Counted from the first letter of the stretch, positions 26,717 through 39,950 are shown. The stretch is DNA of 64,000 nt from Amoebophrya sp. A120 (GCA_905178155.1 CAJINV010000013.1:2174281-2238280); one strand, 5' to 3'. Made by a program: numbers and translations. Notes: generated from the letters alone by a model not told the origin.

Positions 26717-27400
26717 CTATTTCGGCATGCAGTATGCTGGTTCGCGTTTCTTGAAACGTTCCTTGGCCGAGTTGTGATAGGGCGACGGGCTCGGGTCGTA
26801 CTTTACATCCCAGGCCGGGTGCTCGGGGGGCGGGATGATGCCGAAGTTTTCTGTGAAGTAATCCTTCGTCAGAATGCGCTGCGTCTGCGGGCGCACGGCA
26901 GGTGACAATGTGCTCAACTCGGTGGAAGTGAACAGGCTGTTGCTGTGGCTGTTGCTCAACAAACTCGGAGGAGTTGTTGTACCAGCAGACTGATGTTGCT
27001 GTTGCGGGCTGGAAGTAGATGCAGCAGCCAACATTCCCGGCGCGTTCGGGGATAATGACAGGTTCTGGTTGGTGCTAGAGGAAGAGGAAGTTATCAAGTG
27101 CAAAAATGTCTGGGTCTGGAAGATTCTGAGACTTGTCATGCATGTTTTGTATGACCCAGAATGTCTGTAATGCACGACCTAGAATCACAGATTTTTAGAG
27201 GGCTTCCTGATGCCTATTCCGCATTACAAATGCCCTCTCCACGTAGCACAGTCTGGGCTCCTCTTCCTGGTCATGCAATACAGATTTTTTTGGAGTCCAA
27301 AGATAGCATGACAAGTTTGGATCCTTCCAGACCCAGACATTTTTACAGTTGATAGAAGTAGAGGCAGTACTACTCAGGAGCGGAATCACGCGTATGGGCG
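26717..27400 (-). CDS. Hypothetical protein (5' end unresolved)
   Basis: Ser-rich ORF continuing across the introner at 27092. Confidence 0.45.
27092..27354. mobile_element. Introner family A
   Basis: DR gaagt/gaagt, family-A TIRs. Confidence 0.9.
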
Positions 27401-27473
27401 ATTATGGAAGCAAAATCTTCAGCAAAGTCGAAAGCTCTAGGGATGTTTTTGCTCTAATCACATTCGGTTTTAT

Positions 27474-28953
27474 CGGATATCGATAAATATTCTTGAACTT
27501 TCGGACCCCCGCGCCCCCTTTGAATCTTCTCAAAAAAAACGAAGGGCGCGCCGGACATTCTTCTCAAGAGAAAAAGAGCGGGCGCGAGAAAGTTGAGGAA
27601 TTATTAGCACGACCCACAGCATTTTTCGGATTCAACAAGGGGCCCGGGGACGCACTCCCATTTGTTTAGTAATATTTATCGACATCCGTACGGAATTCAG
27701 AAAGAAATCCAGAACAGATTTCCGCGGCTATTCTGCAGCGACCTCCCCCCATCGTTGCTCATTTTCCTGCGCTTTTTGCCGCGCCCCTTCTCGGCGCGCG
27801 TGGTTTTGCATTTGCTTACGCGCGACCTCCGGCGCGCCGCACTATTAGAGCGCTACTCTAAGGGGAGCCGCGTGGTCTCTCGCGAAGAAGAGCGAGGGCC
27901 CTCTTCTACTTCAAATAGATTAGCTTTTTGAAGACGAGGACCATCCGACTCGCGGGGCAGATTTTATTCTTCTCGCGGATCGTCCTCGTTTTCAAATAGA
28001 TCATCTTTTAGAAGAAGAGGGCCGTCCTATCTGCTTCTTCTCGAGGATCGTTTTTTCTTCAAAAAGAAAAGGGTCTCCCTCTTCGTGAAGCCCAAAGCGC
28101 GCCACGCGCTCCTGCGGAACTTTATCCCCGACGGCGTGACGCGTCGGGGGCGCGAAAAAAGCCAACGAGTCTGCCGGCTCGCGTTCAAGTGGTTGGCAGG
28201 TCTGGCATGCCAGACCTGCCAACCCAAAAACAAAAAAAGAAGAATTCTGATTCTTCTTTTTTTTCTTTTGGGCTGGCAGGTCTGGCATGCCAGACCTGCC
28301 AGTCGCCAGCGACGGCACAGTCGCGCCGTCAAGCCCAAAGCGCCGTCTGGCATACCAGACCTGCCAACCCAAAAACAAAAAAAGAAGAACTGTGATTCTT
28401 CTTTTTTTTCTTTTGGGTTGGCAGGTCTGGCATGCCAGACCTGCCAGTCGCCAGCGGGGGCGCACCCGCGCCGTCTTGGATGCTGCAGGGCTTGCTTTAC
28501 TAAGGAGCGGCACTGGCGCAAGCGTAGGACAGAACGCGGGGCGCGTCGTTTGCGCTCTTGTTTTCCAAGCCGTGCGCGGCCTCGCTCCGGCGCGTCGGAG
28601 GTCGCGCGCAAGCAAATGCAAAACCTCGCGCGCCGAGAAGAAGCGCGCCAGAAAGGTAAAAAAAACGAGACACGATGGGGGGAAGTCGCTGAAGAATAGC
28701 CGGGGAAATCTGTTCTAGATTTCTTTCTGAAATCCGTACGGATATCGATAAATATTCTTGAACTTTCGGACCCCCGCGCCCCCTTTGAATCTTCTCAAAA
28801 AAAACGAAGGGCGCGCCGGACATTCTTCTCAAGAGAAAAAGAGCGGGCGCGAGAAAGTTGAGAAATTATTAGCACGACCCCCAGCATTTTGTGGATTCAA
28901 CAAGGGGCCCGGGGACGCACTCCCATTTGTTTAGTAATATTTATCGACATCCG
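27474..28953. mobile_element. Composite non-autonomous element: 215-bp module, TA, 1046-bp TIR module, TA, 215-bp module
   Basis: Direct repeats 27474-27688 and 28739-28953; inner module 27691-28736 has ~150-bp inverted ends; every module runs CGGA...TCCG. Confidence 0.8.
28190..28450. repeat. Duplicated nested palindromes (tggcaggtctggcatgccagacctgcca)
   Basis: Three full and one partial copy, arranged as two large hairpins with A-tract/T-tract arms. Confidence 0.85.
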
Positions 28954-29200
28954 ATTCATGTTTGACCACGCAGTTTTCTACTTGCACAATCATTCTATCG
29001 TGGTCCTCATGGCGAGGCTCTTCGCAGGTACTACCGACGATCACTTGTTCTTTCATCATTAAAGAAGATTTGGTTGGGCCGAATGCTCCACAAAGTCAAG
29101 TGGAACAACTTTTTGGATTACGACTAAATAACACTTACACCAGAAGAACTATGGTGAAGACTTTGATGATGACGAATATGATAAAGAACCTATCTACAAT

Positions 29201-31566
29201 TTACATCATCCCACCGTTGACAACTCGACTCAAGATTTTCCTAGCTGATAGCGGTTGGGGGGAGTCGTAGTTACCCCAACTGGAAGAACTCGGGGCCGCC
29301 ACCACCGCCGCAGCAGCTCCCAGCGATCGACCGCCAGGACTGCGGTGAGGTACACCTGGCGAGCCGGCGGAGTTTTTCGGCGCCGACGAGCCGCCATACT
29401 GCTGCAGATGAACGTAGTAGCCCTGCGGGGGTGGCGGAGAAGCGTTCGTGTTGATGACGCCCGTGCCCATGTCATACGGAGCATATGCAAGCAGGGAAAT
29501 AAACGAAGCTTAACATGCTCTCTGTCTTACTGTGGTACAACGAACCCCCGTTCACAAACTAACGCAGAGCAAGACAAATCCTTTTTTTTGCGGCCCGAAA
29601 AAGTGCAAGGTAACGATTGAGACGAAGCCCGTCGGGAGGGATCATACTTTGTGACTTTGTGTCGTGAACGCGACGTATAGAAGAGTTGCAATGCGGTCTA
29701 TTTTCCCCGATCGGATACTGGTACAACTGGAACTGTGCTGCTCGCGTCGAAATTGTTAGAAATTTCCCCCGTCGCCATATCGTAGGGTGGAAGCTGCGGT
29801 TCCGGCGCGGCATGCGTGGCAACTGCGGAAGGAGGTGGGAACGCTGCAATTTGCTGCTGCAGGCCCTGGCCGACTGGGGGTGGGCCACCACTACTCGTCG
29901 GCCGTAAGGCGACCGGCTGCATGTTGTATTGGCTGCTACTGGTAGAAGCGGGATGAACCACGAGGTTAGGGTTGCTTTCTGCCACGACCACCTGGTGGGG
30001 AAGCAGTTGTCCGACTTGTGATGCTTGGAGAAGAACTACGCGAGAACCTCCACCTTGCGGCTGTTGTACTACGACCGGCTGCTGGTTGTACAACACATTC
30101 TGGACATTCACTCCACTCGAAACGGCCCCCGACGACGTCCAAGAATACTGCCCCGCGGTGGGCGGCGCCAGGTAGATTCGGGGCTGCTCGCGCGTGACTT
30201 CTGCAGGAGCTCCAATAAATCGTCCAAAATTAGGACGACCGGATGCAGCTCCACTTCCGCTCGTCACGTGGTCTCCTGCTCTCGAGTTGTAACTGATGGT
30301 AGAATGGTTGCAGTTGCTGCGGATGTTCTTGACTCCGGGAAGTAGCAGGGGCTCCTTCTTCTTGGTCTCCTCGTTCCTACTTCCGTGCAAGAACGGAACT
30401 GCGTCGGTCGTGGAGTCTTTCCCTTCTTGCGCGCGCGAACATGTCCGCGTGGCGGGTGCAGAAAACTCGTCGCGATTTTTTCGCACGTTATCTTCGTCCG
30501 ATTCCGAGGTCTCTGCTCCACCGTGTTCGAACGAGTACGCCGACCGCGACCGCTTGTTGTACGCATGCCACACGACGTCGTGCGCGCGCCGCCCCCGCCG
30601 CGTCGCGTATTTCCGGCGAGTTGGTTTTATTTTCCTTCTGCCGGTAGAAGAGGCTCCAGGGGTGGTGTCGTAGATGCTGGAGGAGAAAAAACTGTTGCTT
30701 GTCCTCTTCCTGTATGGATTGCAAAAATGTCTGGGTCTGGAACTTTTCTAGACTTGTCATGCAGGTTTTCCATGATCCATATGGTCTGTAATGGAGGACC
30801 TAGCATGACAGATTCCGTGAGATCACTATCGTGCCTATCCTGCATGAGAAACTTCCTCTCAACTCGATCAAAATTGGAAGGCATTTGGGAATCACGCAAC
30901 ACAGATTTTTGCATGATTCAGATTTAACATGACAAGTTCCGACCTTCCAGACCCAGACATTTTTGCAGTTGATATCCCGCCATTGCAGTTCAAGTGGAAA
31001 TACAGCTGCTCTAGCCAGCTCAGAGACGGCGACGAAGTAGTTGCTCCTCTACTCGCGCCGGCGCTAGAAGAAGTTGTTGACGACGAACCTCTGTCTTGCT
31101 TTCCTGCGTGTTGAGCACGTTGCTCAGCTGCCGTCGCTCCTTGTGTTCTTGAAGATGTCGCCGCAGTAGTGGAAGAACTTGTTGCTGCACGAGTACTACT
31201 ACCACTACCCGACTGCTGCTTGGATTCCGTGCGGAGGTGCGCCGGCAGACAAAACGGATTCGCTCGGTTCACATGGTCCGGCCATCTCGCCTCCGCTGCA
31301 TTTGCGTTCTTCCACCGGTGATCAACCCGACTGGCGGTGACAAAGAACGGACCACGAGGTGAAAACAAGCAGTTTTGACCCGTGAGAAGTACTACTTCCA
31401 GGAGCGTAGGCACAGCAGTCGATAACAGCAACAAGAAGCACGAGATAGAAACGAACCAAGAATTGTTCTTGCTGTGGAAATGCGATCGCGATGCGAACCG
31501 CCATTCACTGCACTTTTCAAAACGATATGCGTGCGACATCGTCATCGTTCTGTCGGAGGGCAACAT
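29201..31566 (-). CDS. Secreted low-complexity orphan protein (ends approximate)
   Basis: Hydrophobic WFVSISCFLLLLSTAV; frame continues across introner 30713 into ORF 29698-30573. Confidence 0.5.
30713..30974. mobile_element. Introner family A
   Basis: DR tcctg/tcccg, family-A TIRs. Confidence 0.85.
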
Positions 31567-32998
31567 TCATGTAGTTGAGAAACAGAAACTAACAAAACAC
31601 GAAGAAGCACAGCTCGAATAGTAAAACAGTTTTTCCACCACCTTTCTCCTACTCCTACCTCTGTGTTCCTCCCTGCAGCCTCTGCCACTTCTGCCCGTCC
31701 ACCTTTACGACTGTTGGCGGCGAGTCCCAATCAGTGTAGCATGTGTACCTACCGGCTGCAGTTTCATCTACGAGATTTTCGTTTTATTCGATCACTCCGC
31801 TTCAACAGCGGGTCAAGAATCTATTGGGATCCAGGTCCTCAAACTTTTTTGATGCAACAGCAGTACCGAAATCCCCACACACATGGAACCGGAGCAGGAC
31901 GACATTGGAACAATCGATATGAGCGTGGAATTCAACTGCCAGCTGTGCAGCAGGGCACAGGCTTCTTCATAATAGCCTTTTGTATTTATACTTCCCTCTT
32001 AATGAAACAGAAATCTCTCTTCAAGGTGCAGCAGCTACTGCCCGTTTTTTAATATCCTCCTTTTCTTCAAATCCAATCAGACTTTCCCATCAAATCTGCG
32101 GATCTTTGATTTCCGTCCTCCTGAGACAGGACGTCGGCTTCGTCTGAGGCGGATGTTAAAATGGACAATCGGGTCGTGGAAAAATATAGATAGTGCGCAC
32201 TACTCATTGAAAGAGCCACCTCCGCAGCATGGTGCGCCTGATGGCTTTGCAGAGGGAAGTAGTCAAAATTGCGAACGGGATGCTGCGCCACGGCTCTGGT
32301 CTTCATGACGCACAGCCAGCCACTAGTGCTGAAGACCAGAGTTGTGACGACATCCTATGTATAGCATTCCGAAAAACGATATGTCGTGTCACTTCATCAG
32401 CATTATGTATGATATGTGTCAAAAGCTGAAAGCAAAACATCGCTGTGTCAAAAGATGAAAGCGAAGTCCTCCGTCTGGAGAAAGAATGACGTAGTAGTTT
32501 TAGTTCCATGTTAAGTCCCGAAAATTAAAACAGTCGGCGCAAGGAGATTCTCAGAAGACCTCTGTCGTCCGGCGAGCCAGAAGTCCACGAGGTTACAACA
32601 CCCTACTAGCGCTACTCGATATTACGATTGCCTGCTGCAATAAAAAAAGCAATAAGCTCAAAGTTTTTGAATTCGAGTGATTACGTACTAAAGCAAAAGT
32701 GTGGATTCTGTGGCTGAGAGGGAACTGGAGCCGTGAGAACAAAGAAATATTACATATTAAATTTCACTACAAGTAGTTTCGGTCGCTTTTTCGATGCTCC
32801 TTCTCCGTACAGACAGTAAGAAACAGAATTCTAGAGCGGTATCCGCGCTTTCGCCGATATCGATAAAGTGCAACATGTATTGTGCAAAAGTGTTTCAATC
32901 AATTAAGAAAGTCGTACGAATACATAAAAAATGCAGATGAACAAGAAAAAAGAAAAATGCTCGAAATATAAAAGCAAGTGCGTAGATACTAGCCCGAT

Positions 32999-35408
32999 TT
33001 ATCGTCCACAGGAGGAAGATGAGCTCGGGGACTCTGGGGTCACACCACAATCCGGACCGTCTTCGTCAAAGCATTCCCAGGAATCCTGCCCCAGGTCGGT
33101 CGGGGCCACGGTGGGGATCGTGTAGTTGAGTCCCGTCTTCAGCACGTAGGGCCCGGTGTTGCGGCAGCTCGCGGTTTCCATCGCGGTCTCCGGCGGAAGG
33201 TCGGACTCGTATCAAAAGGAAAAATCCCCCCTCCCCATATCGAAGTGGACATCTGTGATGCAGGATTTGGGTAAACAAATCGGATTTGTCTTGCAGTTGG
33301 GCATCGCAGTCAGATCCTGGGCCTAGGTAGGGGCGTATAGGTCTATTTGCTTAGCATTGCAAACGGGCGCCCCCTAGGCGCAACAGCATGCCAAATCGCT
33401 TCCATAATGGTGCGGAAGCCTCTGCGCTTGTCTTCTTGCAAGACAGACGGGATCTGTGCCCTCAAATCAGCAACACAAATTTTCGGAAACATACCTTTTC
33501 GATATGGGGAGGGGGGATTTTTCCTCAGAATAACTCGAGGCCCCCAACGAAGGGGTGCAGGTAGGCCTGCCGCGCGGTGTACCTCCGGCAGTCGGGGAGG
33601 AGCAGAAACGACAAAAAGTTGGCCGGGTCATCGACGAGCGGAATATCCGGCTGCGTCCACTGCGCATAAAAAGGCTCGCTCATCTTCCTGTACGAGCCAT
33701 TATCCGGACCCCGATCCCGCGCGAAATTCAGCTGACTCTGAAAGTTCGGTCCAGCGTCCCGGGGTCCATACGAGACCTTCGCCAAGAGGCGAAGTTCGTC
33801 CAGCACCACCGCGACGCTCCAGACGTCCCACCGGTTGCTCCAGGCCTGCAACTTTCCCCCCCGGTGCCCGCGCCCGTAGTTGACATACTCCGGGGGCGCG
33901 AAGGCCGCCGTTGCCAGTGTGTTTTCCATAGCCGACATCAAGCCGGTCGGCGAGAAGCGAGACCCACCAAAATCGATCAGTTTGGCGCGGTTGTCGTCAT
34001 CCAGAACCGTGTTCTGGGGCTTCACATCGAGGTGCGCAACCCCTAGGTTGTGCATCTTCACCAAATCCAGCAGGATATCCTTCAGCACCTGTTTTTGCGC
34101 TGCGACTGTCAGGCCCTCCTTCCGGATCACGTCGTACAGATTGCCTCGGGAAGCATACACCTGATTGAAAACAATTGCGTGGTACGGGTGGCGCGAGTCC
34201 CCGTACACATCCGTCAGCTGCATGGCCGCCTCCGCTCCCACGGTCTTCTGCGCCATCATATTTACCACCTCATTCCGAGCAATCGTCTGGTAAAACACGG
34301 CCTGTTCTCTGGTGGTCTTGTTTTCGTCCCCTCCACACCCAGCTCCACCATCCGTCCCGTCGCGATAGTCATTTGGGTTGTTGGACACCGTGTTCGCAGA
34401 CTTTCCAACATATTGCCTCTGCTGCGGGGCCCGCGGGCTGCCCCCCGTGCTGCTCAGTAGCGCGATCTGTCCCTGCCAAACACCGCCCTGCTTCTCACTG
34501 AACCCTTGCCCCCCAAGAAATTTCACCTTCGTGTAATCCTGGTCCCAGTCCTTCAGCCACCCCGTGGTGTCGTTCCACCGCAGGAAGGCCCGCCAGTCCT
34601 GGGGAAAGGGGAATTCCGCATTTTCGGGGTCGGAAACACCCTGCATCTGGTACAGTTTTTGCACCTGCGCAACGTACCACTTGATCTCCTCAAAAAGCAG
34701 CAGAACGCTGTAGCGCCGGGAATTCTTGGGCAGCGGCTTTCCGATCCCCTGCTGATTTTCGGTACTATTTTTATCGCCGACGCTTTGCTTGTTCACAGTA
34801 ACCCGATTCACGTCTAGAAAGGCAAAGGCAGTCCCGTTGTTCAACGGAGCAGAATCCACGACCCCGTAAAGCCCATCGACTCCGCGCGTTGCTGCGGGCC
34901 GTCTGCCTGGTGGTCCGGCTTCGACACGCCGGTGCTCTTGCGTTTCTGCATCGAAGAGAAACCCGACGGTTTTGTGGGGCCCAGAGGAGATGAAAGCCGG
35001 CACTTGTAGTTGTTGTTCCATTTTATTCGACATCGACGTCCTTGTGTTTTCGAGCAGGGATGCAGAAGATGTTGAAATAAAATGTGCTGTCGTTGGCTCG
35101 TCCTGGTCGTGCGCAGTTGTTGTACTACCGGCATGATCTTCAGCATCTTCTTCTCGCTGTTCCTCACCACGATTGTTCTCAAGCGGTCTGGTGCTATAGA
35201 AGTCCTGGCTTGGTTCATCTACGACGACACCATCTTCCGGCTTGCGAGTCGCGGTCCACCGGACTACTTGCAACGCGTTTGCCGAGGAGTAGAAGTTGTA
35301 CAGATGCGGGGACGACATAAATTCGACGAGTACTGCAACTGAGGCCAAGAACCTTGTAGTTCCCCGCCGTGCCGCCGGCACCTCCAGGTGCTGGTGATTT
35401 TGTGTCAT
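32999..35408 (-). CDS. Ser/Thr protein kinase with an N-terminal hydrophobic leader and long pro-region (probably secreted)
   Basis: YVGK, HLDVKPQN, DFG, FAPPE, DVWSVAV motifs; last exon follows introner 33210. Confidence 0.85.
33210..33532. mobile_element. Introner family B (subfamily shared with 43051)
   Basis: DR actcg/actcg. Confidence 0.9.
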
Positions 35409-36648
35409 CTTCTTGTCGGCGACGGTATCTTTTCTTCGAGAGACCACAGGAGGAGGTCTCCTGGCCGTGGCCGCGCCGGTGGGCGGTTACAATAGTACAA
35501 CGACAACCCAGGAGCTACTTTTGAATTCGTCGTCCTCGGGGTGCAGAGGGAAGTGTTTCCGACGTTTACATCAAGCACAAATAGGTACGTCTACGTGATA
35601 TCCGGTTAAGTATGAAAAAAATTTAACTTTTATTTCTTACCAAAATAACAAGTAACTAACAGATCATCGAAAATTAGAATTGGGTGGTCGGCGGGCTCCC
35701 TCCAGCATGTTCTTACCACCTGGTTTCAGAATTATTTTGCGACTTTGACTTTCCATGAATTGAAGCTGAAATAAAACTGTCAGTATGTTCAACGGCACCG
35801 CCGGAGTACAGGCCAGGTGTATACAAATATCGAAGTGCAACTGCTAGAGCACGCAAGTTGTATCTGGCGCCAGCGGGGCTGCTTGAGACAACTCCCGAGG
35901 AGCACAAGTCAGCTCCAAAACCGATGCTCTGCGTTCTTACCATGGTTGAAAGTCGCACCGATTTCTACTGTTCCTACTTTTTCACACATTTTCAAACCGA
36001 TAGATGCTGCGTGACTATGGTGTGGAAAGAACGCGAGGCCGACTATGTGAAACAAACAGATGGAATGGCTCTCTGAGAAAGTGCACGAGAACTACTGTGG
36101 CACGCGCAGCACCGGCAGGGATGAAGAAAAGTAAACCATACACCGACGTCGGGCTTGCTTTGTCTTGAAAACAATGAGCTTCTGCTCCGCAGACGCACAG
36201 GCACCGAGAAGCGAACCATCTACGATGGTCACAACATTAAAAACCGACCACTCGTACTAAGTAGAGAACATTACCGATGAAGTTCTTCTTGTAGTACTTT
36301 TCGTGCATCATAGAGAGACCGAGAAATGAAGATGAGCATCAGGATTTTGCATACCCGGAACTATCCGTTGACACATGATGTCATCTCTTGCGGATAAACA
36401 ACATTCGCATGCTGGCGCAAGTCGACCTCTTGCAGCGGGTGCGGGTCAAACTGCATTGATTATTCTTTTTTCTGTAGCTGCACTTGCACTTTTACGTCCT
36501 CGCCAACATTTGTTCTTCGACGGCCTCCTTCAACTCCCGCACCCGGGAGATGAGGAATTATCAATCATTATTTCGCCTGGTGTGCTCCGCTTGAGGCACT
36601 TCTAAGCCCCGGCGCCGATTTTCATCACCGACCTCCTTCATCGCCGTT

Positions 36649-39600
36649 CTAGAGCTCGGACGCGTTTTTTTGCGTAGAATGATCAGTGCTTGCTTTTTTC
36701 ACCTGTTCCTTGATCCATTTTGGCACAAAAACCATCTGGTCGGGATGCGAGGAGTGCGCCATGCGACTCTGCTTCGCCAGAATCTGATCTGCGGGAATGA
36801 CACTTTTCAAGAACGCCACACCCTTTTCCTGCAGGGAAAACTGCACGACGTTGTCAACCGACCCGTGCCACCAGAGGACGGGGGTGGGTATCCAATGATG
36901 TAAATACCTAACGTCATACGCCCCCTCGTTTTGCCCCCCGTTGAATGTTGAGCAGCTGCAGTGTGGAAGGATTTCTTCCCCTAGGGTGAGAAAAAACTAC
37001 TAGGCCTGCATCTACGAGAAGTTGTCCTACGCACACTGTAGCTTTCACCCAGACGCAGCACTTTCAACATTCTATTGATACAACTTTTCCACCTCCAGCA
37101 TCTGATTTGAGCGTAAAAAAGTGCAAAAAGATGAAATTGTTTAGTGTAGTGGTCTGTCACATGCAGGAGCAGGTCGCCATCATGACAAAACGATAAACCG
37201 GGCAATCATGACAAGTAGAACGTCAACGCTTTCACAGTATTTTCCAAGGGATAGTCTGCTGGTTCAGCTTCGCCTCTTCTCGGAACGACTTTTCGTTCAA
37301 GACCCAGCCGGAAAAGCAGATTATACCGCCTAACCGTTTCTCATTGCTGTAGGTGAGCCCGGCGCGGAGGGTAATGGCGCCGCCCTGCGAGAAACCCCCG
37401 ACGAAAACGTTTTCGGGTGGTATCCTGAGTAAAAACGTACCCACACCAGAGTTGTAATGCAGATTTGCAAAGACAGGAAGACTTGTAATGCGCATCCTGA
37501 TGAGAGCCATTTCCAATCGTGTTTTGGAATTTGTGATGCTGTGAACAGGATGAGCAGATGAATCTGTGATGCGGCTGCACTTGCTACCCAGCACTACACT
37601 GCGGAGTGCAATTTGTCATGCGTGACTCCCAAAACTCCTAGGTTTGTGTTGCAAAATCCCCATCCTGACTCTGGTGTGGGGACGTTTTTACTCAGGATAG
37701 GTGGTATCTTGTCACTACCTGGGGGGAGGGGGGAGGTTTTGTACACGCAAAAATAGCTCTGTTTCTGTGTACATAAAATTGGAGATCATATCAAGCGGTA
37801 CATCATGTTGCGTTTTGTTCAGAATTATCTACCGAAAAATTCCGGTCACTGCAGAAGAGGGTGACTTAATATGACAGTCGAAGGAGTGATTAGTTACTCA
37901 GTACATAGAAGACCTTCTTATAGTATACCTGCGGTTAGTTTGTCTATCTCCGCATGCACGAAGCTAACCGAACTGGCAATGTCCTCCTCCTTCGTGTCGG
38001 CCTTTTCCACGGTCACTGGGATCTGCTCGAGGTCGTATCCTGTTGAACAAAACAACCGCACCCAAACCAACTTCGCTTGTCATGCACATCTGACGACTCA
38101 CGCGCGTTTTCGTCCCCATGTAGGCCATTTCTACTGTGGTTTGAACATCTGTCAACAATTACGTGGTGTAAATAAGCCGTAGAATAGAGTGAATTTATTT
38201 TCCTGATGCTGCTGGCGCAGCTGTAGTGCCAGCTAAACTACACAACTACTTGCAAAGCGTGTCCACCAAATTTATCCTACTGCAGAGTTCGCAATAGGTG
38301 TGGAAATTGGATCTTGCCTCTGGGGCGGGGGGCGTCTTTACGAAGGATAGGTCAAACCAGCTGGTCATGCGCATGCCCTGGTTGGCGGTCACTTTCTGCT
38401 CCGATGCTCGCGGTATGCATTCAAAATACCGATCCACTAAATCTGAAGCAAAATAAGTGCAGACGTTTGTCGTAATGCAAGGCTTTGTTGCAACATTTTC
38501 TTCATGACTAAGGGACTCTGGTGGCACACAAGCCACAACATAGGCTTTACATCAAAGTTTCCCGTGTGACAAACGGCCTCTTCGCCTCGCGCGACAAAAA
38601 AGGGGCACTGGCTCTTGCTGCTCATGCAAGACTGACTTCTGTGTCAACTCGTGGAGACAGCATGAGCAAAGAGAAGTTGCGGTCTTACAACCCAGATCGA
38701 TATTTGCAATGCATACTGGGAAACCGCCACTGCACGTCGATGTGGCTCTCGGCAAATATATCCGTCCATTCCGATATCAACTGTAAAAATGTCTGGGTCT
38801 GGAAGATTGCAACTTGTAATGCTGTCCCTGGATTCCAGAAAAATCTGTATTGCATGACCAGCAACAGGGCTCCAGTTTGTGTTACGCGCATCGCATCGCT
38901 TTGACATTTGACTCCTGTCAGGGTGGCGTTAGAACAGATTTAGCCTCTGCCAATACCGTGGCGTTAGAACAGATTTAGCCTCTGCCAATACCCTAGGTGG
39001 ACACCCGTTCCACGTCCTACAGGTACCACCCGACCGCATCCGCCGAACCGTTTCCGATTTCTTACGCGTGCGTACGGCCAGTGGGCGCTAGATGTGGCTG
39101 ACCTGATTTACCATCCAAGCCCGCGAGCACGGTGGAGCTCCAGCGTTGCCTTGTTGGGTTATTCTTACAAACTTTGAACGCTACTGCTTCTGTGGTCGGT
39201 TGCGCGCTAGATATACAGGGGGTCTATTGGTCACACACGTTGACCCTATCACGATGACGGGCAACCCCAAAGCATGCCCCTTTCAAGCACTTTACCGACC
39301 TATTTCCGCGCACCCTTTGTATGCGCATAGGTAGAGTCGGACTTTGAAGCTCCGCGTTGGCAGAGCCGCCACCGCGCCCGCCCCGGGGGGGCCCCTTGGG
39401 GAAGGGGGGGTGCTGCCTTAGCGCAGTCTTTAAAATAACAACCCTGCCACTCTACTAATAAATCTCCTGGCATGCAAACTCCCAGACACTTGCACTTCTT
39501 GTGTTTTTTGTCCTTCAACCCATGCCCCCACCCATCTTTCCTTTTTTCTTTTTTGCCCCGCCCACCCAAGTCTTCTTCTTTTTTCTTCTATTACTTTCCC

Positions 39601-39950
39601 CCCCCGTCTTCTTTTCCACTTTTCGGTCGCTCCATTTTTGTGTATGTCTCTTCGTTCTTTTGCCCACTTTAGGGGCCCTACGCAAAAGGATCTCCGGCCA
39701 GCCAGAAAAAAAAAAGGGGCTGCCGCGCAAAACACAAGGAAAACCAGCCAAAAAAGGGGCTGTCGCGCAAAACATAGGCGACGCAGTATGAAAGTATGTA
39801 CGGGGCGGCATCTAAAGTCTACAATGGTAGTAAAGCTAGCGCTAGTAAAAAAAAAAACATGAAGATTTTTTATGGAGGTTTTCTCCTCACGCTAGTAAAC
39901 ATTTATAAGGATCTCTCGCCCCTACCAAGGTCTAACTACTGTGATCATTG

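Noticed and set aside
27474-28953. LTR retrotransposon or TRIM
   Set aside because: The direct repeats lack TG..CA ends, no primer-binding site was recognised, each has its own TIR, and no gag/pol remnant is present.
38923-38992. 35-bp repeat as a CRISPR array
   Set aside because: Two directly adjacent copies, no spacer, no cas genes, eukaryotic context.
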